Source: Histomonas meleagridis 2922-C6/04-290x (lineage: Eukaryota > Protista > Parabasalia). From it: 64,000 nucleotides of DNA. The DNA lies in assembly GCA_020184695.1 (NCBI GenBank), contig JAANOX010000097.1, forward strand, positions 1 to 64,000, written 5' to 3'. The notes beneath the pieces are model-generated. The model worked only from the letters and a program-made list of their open reading frames with translations. It searched no databases and was not told the origin of the DNA. A program made the translations under genes and the position numbers. Positions 43,484 through 55,116 of the stretch are shown piece by piece (position 1 is the first letter of the stretch; each line of letters starts with the position of its first letter).

Positions 43484-46290
43484 ATGATCACCAATGGAAA
43501 CCAAGAAAACGAACCTTTGCATATGTTAAAAACTCTCCAAAATATCACATTAAACATGAACGAAAGAAGCAAGTTGAGTGATCTTCAAATGACCTTAGAT
43601 CTTTTTAATACTAATTTACCAATTTCTTTTAATTTTGTCTTTGTCATTCTGTTTATTCATCTTTTGTTTCTAGGATGAAAGACTTCAATATTTATTTTGA
43701 ATTTTTGCAGGCAGTTGAAGCAAAAGAAAAAGAATTATTTAAAAATGATTACAATATTTTTGATATTTTTTCACATATTCTTCTTATCAAAACAACGCAA
43801 GAAGCAGATTATCTTTTAGAAAAACTCTATGAGAAAAATATTATTAGTGATGAAATTCTTAAAGGCAAAATGTCATTTTATTTTGCACAATACAAAACTT
43901 TAGATGAGCTCAAAAATTGTCTTGTTCAACCTTATTCAAAACGGTTTTTTGAAAAATATGAAGAACTATCAAAGAATAATTTTGAACTTCATAAGCAACT
44001 AATTAAAGAAGGTGTTAATCCAAATGAAATTGCGAAAATGATGATTAAGAAAAACTTCAAGAAATATCATCACGAGATAATTTTAATTTTAATCAAATAA
44101 TTGAACCATCACTTTATGAACGATGTTCATTCGTTAACCAAGAAAATGTTGCATTAATTAATTATGCAGCATTTTTTGGATCAGTTAAATGTTTTAAATA
44201 TTTACTTATGAATGGTGCTAAAATAGATAATACAGGTAAATATGCAATTGCTGGAGGAAACATAGAGATAGTTCATATATGTGAACAAAATCATTCATCA
44301 TTTGAATATGCAGATTTACCAGCAATTGAATTCCATCGCTATGATATTATGCAATATGTTCATGAAAACGAAATTTTAGACACAAGATCTTGTGTATATA
44401 CTGGAAGAGAATGTATCATCCATAATAACTATGAACTTTTCACATATTTCAAAGATAAAGGAATGGAAAGCGATGATTCTTTTATTAATGAAGCAGCAAA
44501 GAATGGAAATATATTTCTTGTTCAATACTTTAATGAAGAAGTTCAAATACCAAATGAAGCTTTAGTGTCAGCTTCAAAATCAGGTAATTTAGAATTAGTT
44601 AAATATCTTATAACACAAAAGAAAATCAATGTAAATGTTAAAGATATTAAATATTTATATTTAATGTTAATTCCGTGGAAAATGGATTTATTTAAAATAA
44701 TTGATTTTTATTGTTATTGTTTAATACAGCACTTATAGTTGCATCTGAATATGGGAATATTGAATTAGTTAAATTTCTTCTCGAGCAAGAAGAAATTAAT
44801 GTTAATGCAAGAAATGTTTTTTAGTTATGTTTAAAATATCTTTCTAAAATTTGGTGTATTTTAATGATGTATGGAATTAATTGAGATCATTTAAAACAGC
44901 ACTTATTTGGGCATCACAACATAATAATATTGAGATATTCAAAATGCTTATTGAACAAAATGATATTTATGTTAACACAAGCGATATTTACCAAACTTTT
45001 TTACTGTTTATCTGAATGAATTAGATTTCATTTTGATATTTTTATACTGCAATTATGGATCATTTGAAACAGCACTTATCTATGCATCTTTAAATGACAG
45101 CATAGAAATAGTTAAATTACTTCTTGAACAAAAAGGAATTGATATTAATGCTAAAACTATTTATTTGTTTTATTTAAAATTTATTTTAATAATTTAATGT
45201 TTCTAAATAATATTTGGAAATTATTTAAAATATTTAAAACAGCACTTATGAAAGCATCTTGTAAAGGTTATACAAAAATAGCTAAATTACTTCTTGAACA
45301 AGAAGGAATTGATATTAATGCTAAAACTATTTATTTGTTTTATTTAATATTTATTATAATAATTTTGGGATATTTCATAATATTATTTGGAAATTATTTG
45401 AATTATTTTGGACAGCACTTATGTATGCATCTTGGAAAGGGAATATATATATAGTTAAATTACTTCTTGAACATAAAGGAGTTGATATTAATGTTAAAGA
45501 TATTTATTTGTTTTATTTAATATTTATTTTAATAATTTTCTATTTCAAAATAATATTTGGAAATTATTTAAATTATTTTGGACAGCACTTATGATGGCAT
45601 CTGAAAATGGTCATACAGAAATAGTTAAATTACTTCTTGAGCAAGAAGGAATTGATATTAATGCTAAAAATATTCGTTTGTTTTATTTGATATTTATTTT
45701 GATAATTTCAGATTTCAAAATAATATTTGGAAATTATTTGAATTATTTGATACAGCACTTATTTGGGCATCTTCAACTGGTTGTACAGAAATAGTTAAAT
45801 TACTTCTTGAACATAAAGGAATTGATATTAATGCTAAAAATATTCATTTGTTTAATTTATTATTTTTTTATCTAATTTTATATTTCAAAATAATGTTTGG
45901 AAATTATTTAAATTATTTGATACAGCACTTGTGTATGCATCTGAATATGGTCATACAGAAATAGTTAAAGAACTTCTTGAGCAAGAAAATTGATATTAAT
46001 GCTAATACTATTTATTTGTTTTATTTAAAATATTTTTTAATAATTTGATGTTTCTAAATAATATTTGGAATTGATTTAAATTATATGAAAAAGCACTTAT
46101 TAAATCTTCTTCAAAAGGTTATATAGAAATTGTTAAATTACTTCTTAAACAAGAAGGAATTGATATTAATGTTAAAAATATTTATTTGTTTTATATAACA
46201 TTTAATAATGTAAAATTTCAAAAAAAATTTGGAATTTTTTTCATAAGTCGTTTAACAGCAATTAAAATATGTAGTGTCATTGATCAATGA
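43484..46290 (+). pseudogene. DUF3447-type ankyrin gene, paralogous to 1314-4040; split by 17-nt+codon arrays and carrying frameshifts
   Basis: Frameshifts at ~43645 (1 nt), ~44040 (~10-nt deletion) and ~45989 (2 nt). Nine 90-nt-type cassettes start at 44726, 44896, 45069, 45239, 45412, 45582, 45752, 45922 and 46090; the terminal TAI repeat starts at 46255. The lesions could be assembly errors. Confidence 0.65.
44646..46254 (+). other. Ten spacer arrays of 17-nt intervening elements with single-codon micro-exons
   Basis: Spacers of 80, 80, 83, 80, 83, 80, 80, 80, 80 and 75 nt; seven of the first nine place a Gly codon in the penultimate micro-exon. Confidence 0.75.
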
Positions 46291-46447
46291 AAAGATTCAG
46301 CAAAACAGATGCTCAAAAAAATGATGAAAAACGGTCAGTTTTTATATTTACTAGAAATCGCGATTTATTCCAATAAATATTAAATGTTAATTCCTAATAT
46401 TATTTAAATTTACAATATGATACGGCGGGAAGTTTTTTTTTACCTGA

Positions 46448-46681
46448 GTACGTACAAAACAAACAGCCAGTAAATCTACTGTGGTTAGACTCCTCGTAAA
46501 TCACTCTGTCCTAATGAGATATGTAATCCAACACCAGTTATTGTAACAAGGCACTTTTTCTCTTCGTGAAATCATTGGCTTCTTTGAAGATACAAATCTT
46601 TGCGTTATTCATGCAAACCGTGTTACAATTATGGTGCGTGATATCAAACTTGCACAAAAAACTCAAGCAACTAAATCATAA
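46448..46681 (+). pseudogene. Histone H3 pseudogene with internal deletion
   Basis: RTKQTASKST..TPRKSL and [32 protein letters not shown]; frameshifted, no start codon. Confidence 0.85.
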
Positions 46682-47057
46682 GATGGGATTGTTTTTGTGA
46701 ATGAAATGAAAAGAACTTCTCAAACAATATTTAAGCATTTTTCATATATACTTATATTAGATAAAATAAACACCTTTTTTTCTTTCGATAGTATTATAAT
46801 TCTAAGTTTGGTGAGAAAATTGTTTTTTAACCACCAATTTTGGAATTCCCTTAAAACATTTTTAAACAAATATTAAATGAGTTCTATTAAAGTCGTTGAC
46901 AAGGAAAATTAAATAAAACTTAAGATACAACGTTATAATTGAAAATGGATGGTTCGTATCGACCAGATAATCACACAAAACTAAAACACGTTATGTTGCC
47001 AATACGATAAAATATTTTTCTTATGATATAAAGCATACAATTCCGACACTTTTCTCA

Positions 47058-49002
47058 TCAAAGATGAACAAAATCATCGTCATTGAAGTCATTTGCAAGA
47101 GGATCATCTACAACATAAACAAATATCGAAATTATTATTATAATAATACGATAACAACACAAACGATAATTATAATAATATTGTTGTTACTATTGTTGTG
47201 AATACTTTCATTTGAAATTGTAAAGAAATTCGAATAAAATCGGAATTCCGTAGTATATGCAAATGCTGTGTATTCATAATAAATGTAACTCATTATAAGA
47301 TAAGTCTCTTGTGAATCTATTAATGTTTGTGTGAATGAATTGATATAATAACTGTGATAAGAAAGTGTTAATGTTATTGACTCAAAAGAAGTTAAAATAT
47401 ATGAATGTGATAATATAACATTGGTTAAAACTGTAACTTCAGATAAACTTGATATTAAATCATATGACGCAGTAAATGTATTACTTTGTATGAATGCATT
47501 TGTTTCAGTATATGTATTACTTATAGTATATGTATTTGTTGGATTTATTTCCATGAAATAATGTACTGTTTCACCAATTTTTCCAAAATTATCAATTGGT
47601 GCAGCATGAATGTAAACTTCATTCATAATTTTTGATATAACTTTATTAGTTTTCAAACATTTGTTTAAATTTTCATTTGTAATTATTGTATTTTCATTTT
47701 TATAAATTATATAATAATATTCTTCTGCATATGTTTTTAATATAAATTCATTAATATTTTTCTCATATTCTTTAATTCAATCTGAATTTCTACCAATTAC
47801 TTTATAATATATTGTGTCTACAATACTATTAGTAAATAATTCAACACTTCTTTGATTATCAATACGTTGTACATAAGAAGAATTTAATATAGGAGTAATA
47901 ACAGAATTATCATACATATAAAGTAATGGAGTCCTTTAATATAAATAATATATTGTGTTTGCAAGTAATTTTCGTTCATATAATTGGGCAACACCGCCAA
48001 GATGACCAATTTGAATCATAGCTGTATTCATATAAGTTGTTGAATAATAAAAAGGATTTCCATATCTTAATTCATCATATCCACTAAGATTTAATACATA
48101 ATTCTTCGATTCAGTATAATCGGAGCTCACTTCAATGTTAAAATAAATTGGTTCACCTAATTCCATCCATACATCACCAACCGCGACATTACTATTTGAA
48201 TGTGTTATGTTAATTGTTAAATTTCCATCTGGAATTTTTATGGATAATTAGTTAATAAGCCACGTTGTATTACTCGCATTTCATCGCTATAATATCGATA
48301 CCATCGTGTTGATAATGTTCCACTTGAACAATATGATGAATCAACATTCATCAGTTCCTAATAATATACCAAATTTTTGAGAAATTTTCCATAACTATTA
48401 TCATTTCCAAAATAATATCCAGCAGTGTTATGCCCAAGTTAAACACCATTGCCAAGATCGATGTATTCTGATAGGTATTGAAGCATTTCAGCACTTGGAA
48501 CAGCTTCAACACCTCCGTTAATATCCATGAATCCAATAACAATGGTATCATATTCTTTCAGTTGTTCGAATGTGAGTTTTTTGAAATCAACTACAGGAAT
48601 TGGATCAACATGAATGATTGATTCGTTAGTATAAGGGTTATAACCTAAACCATCAACTCTATTTCCAACATTAGAACTGTAATATGTGGCACCTTCAATC
48701 CAAGCTTTCAGCATTGCATATGAAGGAAAACAGCTTTTATCAATGTCCTCTGTATCAAAATGAAATTCATAACAAGACGATTCGTCATATGGATATACTC
48801 GAATACTTGTTGTTGTATTATAATCAAATGCACTAAGAGGTCTCCAATTCAATCCATTCGGACTTGAATAAGCTGTATATGTTGAATTTGGTGGTGTTAA
48901 TGTTCCAGTCTAATTGAGAACAATATGGTTGTCTTCACATTTAACAACAAAGTCAGGAGTTTCATTTGCACTGACAAAACAAATAAAAAAGATTAAACGC
49001 AA
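47058..49002 (-). pseudogene. Type I surface-protein pseudogene
   Basis: Signal-like LRLIFFICFVSA with a TTG start, nonsense codons at 48910 and 48439, further frameshifts, T/S/Y stalk, TM and DDPLANDF tail. Confidence 0.75.
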
Positions 49003-49633
49003 CCGAGTGTGATGAATTTTTTCAAATGCTTGTGTTGCCGATCAAGCTTGCTTGCTAGCATTTTGGAAAAGTTTTGTGTTATACTGAATTGAACTTTTTC
49101 TGAAGTCAGATATTGAAAACCACCTTTTTTCAACGATTTGACCTTTTTTCAACGATTTCTCCAGAGAAATGCAACTTTTGTTAGAACTCATCATGTTGAA
49201 ATTCTTTTCACTGAAAACGATATTTCATGAAATATCGATTATTAAACCGTAACGATCATCAGCATTCATCAGTTTTACTCCAAACGAGCGACGAAAACCG
49301 GTTTGCTAAATTTCCTCAAGTGGAAAAATAGTCACAAACAGGTAGGTGCACTACATAGAGGCATATAAGCTATGTTGATTGCATTTAAATGAAGTTTCTT
49401 TCAATCTTTAAAAACCGAATTTTTCAATACAATTTGATCGGCGTCGAAACTGAGAATATGTTTGGTCTGTAGTTCTGCGGTTTTCGATTATTTCATATGA
49501 AATCGGAACTTTTCCCTTGCTAAGCACTGCACTTCAATTCCCGCAGCGGCCGTCGCTTGTCTTCTTCTTTGAAAGACAACAAAAATTAAATCAGTTTTTA
49601 TTGATGAAGATACGAAATGTTATATGAAAAACG

Positions 49634-50977
49634 TTAACGGTTTTCCTCAACGATTTGGAGCAGCCTCAAATTCAATTCAAACGTTTCGTCAGTTAACGGT
49701 ATCAGGTCGTCATCGTCCAGCAGCTCCATTATCCCCTCGCTCAGCATTGTTTGGCAGTACAAATGATAGTTATCGTAATTTAATATCTCTATGAAAACGT
49801 TAAAAACGTTTTTTATCATTTCTAAGTTTCCGTTCCATAGCATATTCATCAAATGTTTAATTGCATTAAATTCATTCACAACAACTTGGCCATTAGCGGC
49901 CGACGAATTTATGATCAGCACAAACAATTTACAAACGTTTTGTGCGAAAGAGAACGAATTTAATGTCACTAAAGATTCGACATTCACCAAAAAGTCTCTG
50001 AAGTTCATTAACACGTTAATCAACTTCGGGAACTTTTCGCACATAATAATTATAATTTGTAATACTTCGATAAAAACGTTTTCAGGTATTTCTTTGTTTG
50101 TTATTCCTATTAAATTTTCCATGAATTTGTATCTCCGTATGAAGTTAATGTCATTTATGGTTAAGATAATGTTTTTGATGATTGGAATAATCTTTTTGTA
50201 GTATGGAATGTATATGTTCCAAAACGACATTATAACTTCAATTAAATTTATTTCAGTACATAACTCATAAAAGATTGGAAATGATATTAATGATATGTTA
50301 TGGAATATATTTAAACATTGTTTGATGATAGTCATGTTCTTCGATTGTTTGAACTTATGGAATACATAAATTGTTATCTTTTTCATTTCGTCATTGTTGT
50401 GGAGAATTAATATATAGTTATGAATAAGACGAAGAAATGATTCATTTAATGTATACGTTTCTTCAATTGATAGTGTTTTAGTTTGTAAATTAATTTGTTT
50501 GTTAATTAATGAGATAACATGTTTGAATTGTGAATTAATTCCTGTGATCTTAGGTATGATTAATATCAAAATTTTTATGGAATTAATGAGAAATATATAG
50601 TTACAATTGTTTTCTAAATTAATTTCAATAAAGTTATCAATGGATTCTTTAAAAAATATGTCCAACTTTGGATATATGATTTGCATTATTTGATAAATGC
50701 AAAACATTTTTAAGTCGTTTGGCACTTCATCAGTTGAAAAATTTAAAATTTTGATAAGTAATTTTTGAAAATCAATTAGATCACATAACATTTCATTTTG
50801 CTCTTTTAACTCACTTATTTTCATTAATGCATCAATTATTTGATTCGAAAAACAAGAATCTAAATTTTGTAAGATATTGATTGATGCTTCATTTTCTTGA
50901 AAAATTGTCTCAGTATCAACGCATCGAAGTTGCTCCCCTCTGTTCTTTTTAGCTTTCGCTTTGTATCCAATTTGCAT
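49634..50977 (-). CDS. Armadillo/importin-alpha-like protein (divergent)
   Basis: Basic N-terminus YKAKAKKNR, ARM-like helices (EGIMELL), Inr TCATATT. Confidence 0.6.
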   Translation of the reverse strand: MQIGYKAKAKKNRGEQLRCVDTETIFQENEASINILQNLDSCFSNQIIDALMKISELKEQNEMLCDLIDFQKLLIKILNFSTDEVPNDLKMFCIYQIMQIIYPKLDIFFKESIDNFIEINLENNCNYIFLINSIKILILIIPKITGINSQFKHVISLINKQINLQTKTLSIEETYTLNESFLRLIHNYILILHNNDEMKKITIYVFHKFKQSKNMTIIKQCLNIFHNISLISFPIFYELCTEINLIEVIMSFWNIYIPYYKKIIPIIKNIILTINDINFIRRYKFMENLIGITNKEIPENVFIEVLQIIIIMCEKFPKLINVLMNFRDFLVNVESLVTLNSFSFAQNVCKLFVLIINSSAANGQVVVNEFNAIKHLMNMLWNGNLEMIKNVFNVFIEILNYDNYHLYCQTMLSEGIMELLDDDDLIPLTDETFELNLRLLQIVEENR

Positions 50978-51016
50978 AGCAATATGAAATTACATCAAAC
51001 AAAACAGCATCAATGT

Positions 51017-51027
51017 GACCGTTTAAA
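51017..51027 (-). promoter_or_regulatory. GACCGTTTAAA Myb-site-like promoter motif
   Basis: 40 nt upstream of ATG 50977. Confidence 0.6.
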
Positions 51028-51343
51028 TAAAGAACAATTTTCTAAACAAACTTAACGATGATTTTGAGTTATAGCATTATGTTTGTCATTACACCTTGAT
51101 GGTATTTATGTTTAAACTTAATTTTTTGAATCAATAAATACATGTATTATTAATTGTGAATATGAATATTCAATAAAAATTACCAAGATAATTCAATTGA
51201 TTGCGATCATTGAGCAATTTGATATACTAAAATGTTGTGATCTTAGCATGTTATTGTTTTGGATGATTGGAAAAAAATATTCATTTTCGGTTTTACTCAA
51301 TTTCCCACTTTTTGAAACATTTATACAGCAAATCTGTTGCAAT

Positions 51344-52258
51344 ATGGAATTAGATAAATGGATGGAAACAATTGAAAAAGGCGAATTCCTAAAGGAAAAC
51401 GAAGTACTCTTGCTTCTTGACAAGGTAGCTGAAATATTATATCAAGAACCAACTTTATTAATGCTTCCACTCCCGATTGTTATTTGTGGTGATATTCATG
51501 GGCAATTATTTGATCTCTTCGAGTTGTTCCGTGTATCTGGTGGAATTGGTTCAGGAAATAGATATTTATTCCTTGGAGATTATGTTGATCGAGGATTTTT
51601 CTCTGTTGAAACATTTTGCTATCTTGCTATATTGAAGATCAAATATCCCAACAATATATATCTTCTCCGTGGAAATCATGAATGTCGTGATGTTAATCAT
51701 GAGTATGGCTTTAACATTGAATGTCAATCAAGATTTGGCCATGAAGGACCATGGAAGCGATTCAACGAAATCTTTGATCTTCTTCCAATATCAGCCATGG
51801 TTGACACCGACATATTTTGTACACATGGAGGATTATCACCCGATATCAAATTTGTTGAACAAATTCCTTTATTAAACCGTCGAGCTGAGCTTCCAATGAA
51901 AGGTCCACTTTGTGATCTTACATGGAGTGATCCCGAAAATGTCAAAGAATGGGCTCCAAACTCACGTGGAGCTGGATACTTATTTGGGCAAGAAATAACA
52001 AATCAATTTTGTCACATTAATAACCTTCAACTTATTTGTCGTGCACATCAACTTGTTATGAAAGGTTATCAATACCATTTCAACGAGGAAAAGCTCGTAA
52101 CGGTTTGGTCCGCCCCAAATTATTCCTATCGTTCTGGGAACGTCGCATCTGTTTTGAAAATTAATGATAAGAAGGAAAGAGAATTTGTAATATTCGACGC
52201 TGTACCAGACGATAAGAGAGTCATACCTGAAGAACTTCAATCGAAATACTTTGCTTAA
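51344..52258 (+). CDS. PPP-family Ser/Thr phosphatase (PP4/PP6-like) catalytic subunit
   Basis: GDIHGQ, GDYVDRG, RGNHE, HGGLSP, RAHQ, VTVWSAPNY; ATG at 51344 (MELDKW). Confidence 0.93.
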   Translation: MELDKWMETIEKGEFLKENEVLLLLDKVAEILYQEPTLLMLPLPIVICGDIHGQLFDLFELFRVSGGIGSGNRYLFLGDYVDRGFFSVETFCYLAILKIKYPNNIYLLRGNHECRDVNHEYGFNIECQSRFGHEGPWKRFNEIFDLLPISAMVDTDIFCTHGGLSPDIKFVEQIPLLNRRAELPMKGPLCDLTWSDPENVKEWAPNSRGAGYLFGQEITNQFCHINNLQLICRAHQLVMKGYQYHFNEEKLVTVWSAPNYSYRSGNVASVLKINDKKEREFVIFDAVPDDKRVIPEELQSKYFA

Positions 52259-52474
52259 TTTTTTAGATTAAAATTAATTTTCTGTAATTATTCTTTTGTT
52301 GCATTAAATTTAAAAAAATAAAAATAAAAATAAAAATTGATGAACAATATTAAAATTAAGTTTTAAAATGATCATTTATGAAGAGTTCAATTGAATTGCT
52401 GACTATGTATTTTGAGGGTGCCCTAAATATATATATATATATAATACGTTAAATAAAAGTGCAATAACATTGGA

Positions 52475-54013
52475 ATGAATTCGGGGTATATTGGGTATCC
52501 ACCAAATTCCCAACCTGTCCAAATGAGCCCAAATGCAGTCCCACTACAGATGCAATATCCAAATCAGATGAATATGCAAAATCGTCAAGCCTCAATAAAT
52601 CCTCAACGTATTGCTTATGCTACAGTACCACCTAACCAAATTCCAGTCAATGTCCTTCAGCAACAGTATCAATATCAGGGACAACAACGTCACTCGCGTC
52701 CTATTTCACAAAATCAATATCCAATGTATTCATTTATGCATTCACAAATTCCACAGAACAAAAAGTGGTCCAAAGCTGCCCCCAAAGTTGCAAGTATTCC
52801 CATGATTTCACCACAACAAGCATCATCTCAAATGATGATGCAATCACAACAACAACCACAGCAACAGCAGCAACCACCTCCCAACCCAACTCAACCACCT
52901 AATGTAGCACCAAACAATGCAGCGTCAACTTTATTTCCAGAGAGCATACAAAAGCTTAATGCCATTTTATCTTATCTTGGGGAAGACAAAGTTGATCTTC
53001 TTTTTCGATTATTTGGGTGTCCTCATAGTAAGAAGCGCGAAGAGCGTCAAAAGCAATTTATTAAATTTGTAGTCCAATTATATTCCACAATACCAAACAG
53101 TCTTAGTTATGTGTTATATTTTGCAGAACAACTTCAATCGCCAGCGATGTGCCAAAAACTTAAAGAAGTCCCATATCCTCCCATTTTCAATCCCGCAAAA
53201 GGCTGCAAACTTGTTTATCGAAATGTTGCACTCAATTACAATGGATTTGAGTACTCATTAAGTGTCAAAGAAAAGAAATATATTGCTATTGGTACATTTA
53301 TATGTGCTAATGAAGAAATGCCGGAGCAATATCCGATATGTAAGTTGTTATTTGATAATATGGAAATACATTGTCATCAATATGGAACGAATGAACATTA
53401 TTTCATGTTAACGGATGGGAGTAATACACAACAACAAATTAATATACAATTCACTAATTTTAAGATGAATAATTTTTTAACATGGTTTGTGATTAGATTC
53501 GTTGAGTTGAAAACATCGGAAGAAATTGTGAGTGATATTGCAAAGAAAAGAAATACAATAATAGATGGACATGATCCATATGTGAAAACTGTACATTGTA
53601 AAGATTGTGCTTTTAGATTAATTGATGCCGTCGAGCAGATCATAGCAAAAGGTTATGCTAAATGTCCAATGTGTGAATCAAATGTTGTGTTTGATGAAAT
53701 AATTTTCGTGAGTATGAATGGGAATATTAATAATAATAATGAATTGATGTCGAATATTAATAATAAAAAACAAAAAAATCAAATACAAATTCAACCGAAA
53801 AAAATTATCGAGGAAAATAAAGAAGAAGCTTCGGCAAGAAATGTGATGGCTGAGCAATTGAGATTTTTGGTAAAAATGAATGTTTGTATAGATTGGGATG
53901 ATTTGGTGTTCGGCGATGACGAAGAAAATTTGGGCGTGAACGAGGATGAAGGAAATGAAAAGGATACTCTGATTGAAGAAGGTAATGATGGTAACAGTTC
54001 TTGTTTGTTTTGA
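52475..54013 (+). CDS. Q/P-rich protein with C-terminal SP-RING/MIZ-like zinc finger
   Basis: Poly-Q/P N-terminus; P.VKTVHCKDCAF...KCPMC; acidic tail. Confidence 0.6.
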   Translation: MNSGYIGYPPNSQPVQMSPNAVPLQMQYPNQMNMQNRQASINPQRIAYATVPPNQIPVNVLQQQYQYQGQQRHSRPISQNQYPMYSFMHSQIPQNKKWSKAAPKVASIPMISPQQASSQMMMQSQQQPQQQQQPPPNPTQPPNVAPNNAASTLFPESIQKLNAILSYLGEDKVDLLFRLFGCPHSKKREERQKQFIKFVVQLYSTIPNSLSYVLYFAEQLQSPAMCQKLKEVPYPPIFNPAKGCKLVYRNVALNYNGFEYSLSVKEKKYIAIGTFICANEEMPEQYPICKLLFDNMEIHCHQYGTNEHYFMLTDGSNTQQQINIQFTNFKMNNFLTWFVIRFVELKTSEEIVSDIAKKRNTIIDGHDPYVKTVHCKDCAFRLIDAVEQIIAKGYAKCPMCESNVVFDEIIFVSMNGNINNNNELMSNINNKKQKNQIQIQPKKIIEENKEEASARNVMAEQLRFLVKMNVCIDWDDLVFGDDEENLGVNEDEGNEKDTLIEEGNDGNSSCLF

Positions 54014-54379
54014 TTATGTAAATATTTTTATATGTTTTATTTATTTATACAGTTTGCTTTATTTGTTTAAAGTGTAGAACAAAAATAATTTGAAACAAAA
54101 ATGTTGATTTAAGTTCCAATGTTGATTTTTGATAAGTTTTATATGCCTTTAAGTCATATGCAGTATTTCCTATTCCATAATTATAATTTTTCAATTTTTA
54201 TTTTAATAAAATCAATGATTAGATTCTTTATAATTCGCGTTATAACATATTTTTATTCACGTGAATATGGGTGTGCTCTCGTATACTCTTCTACATAATC
54301 AACGAATTCTTGGTCTGCGTCTTTTATTGCATATTTATATGCATATTCGCTTTGATAACACCCGAATAATGTATAAAAA

Positions 54380-55116
54380 TTACTTATCACCTCTTTCCAA
54401 AAGGTATTTTACCATCATTAAATCATTATTTAACAATGCGAATGCCATTGAATTTCGATTTAAAGTAGAAAAGCCCTCGAGTATTTTAAGATCTGCATTC
54501 TTTTGTTCGACAAAATACTTTAAACAAAGCAATGACCCAGCTTTAGCAGCCCATACATGTTCTCTGTGGACAACAATACACTTTCTACTGTCTTCAGGTG
54601 GTATTCTTTGTGATATCCAAATCAGCTGTCGTAAATCATCATTAAAAATTGGTGTAAGTAATGAAAAATTATCAAACTCTTCACGATTTTCATTTTCAAC
54701 TTGTTTTGTATTCTTGCGATGTGACCTTTTTTCCTTATTTTTATTGATATGTTTGAAAAACTTGTTTTCGAGCTTCTTGCCTAGGCCATGACCAAATGTG
54801 GAAACAAGTTTGTTGCATAGATCAACATAGAAATTTGCATGGAGTATTCTTTGGTTCTTGCAAGAAAGAGAATATGTCTATATCCACAGTTTATATAACT
54901 CTCATCAAATTTGTTTTCGTCTGTTTTTTTCATAGTGAGTTCTTGAAAAAAATGTATTGCTGACCTAAAGTTACCTGTTGATAAATTATCAAGAAAATCA
55001 TTAGTTTGAATATAAGGAATAAGATTCTCTGGAATTCCTTCAAATCCAAAGGGTCTACTTATTTTGACGCCCATTTGGCATTTCATGGTTAATGTTTTGA
55101 AAGCAGCCGTCGTCAT
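54380..55116 (-). pseudogene. Ankyrin-like gene with one -1 frame break near 54870-54790
   Basis: Inr TCATTTT-ATG at 55116; the second frame encodes WAAKAGSLLCLKYFVEQKNAD and FALLNNDLMMVKYLLERG up to TAA at 54380. Confidence 0.6.

Noticed and set aside
43620-43660. Frameshift in the second DUF3447 gene as a 17-nt element
   Set aside because: Alignment to the 1314 paralogue is gap-free if one T is restored.
45159-45921. Spacers translated as hydrophobic TM segments followed by -1 frameshifts
   Set aside because: Several spacers contain in-frame TAA, and spacer lengths at 2550-3713 vary mod 3.
44646-46254. Spacers as ordinary GT-AG introns ending at the ACAG of acagcactt, or as U12 AT-AC introns
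   Set aside because: No donor in the required phase exists, no ACTAAC branch motif is present, and the product would lose the TAL and hairpin residues.
10840-48912. Stop-codon reassignment suggested by in-frame TAA/TAG at 10846, 15669, 48439 and 48910
   Set aside because: TAA, TAG and TGA all terminate well-conserved genes here; the cases look like individual lesions.
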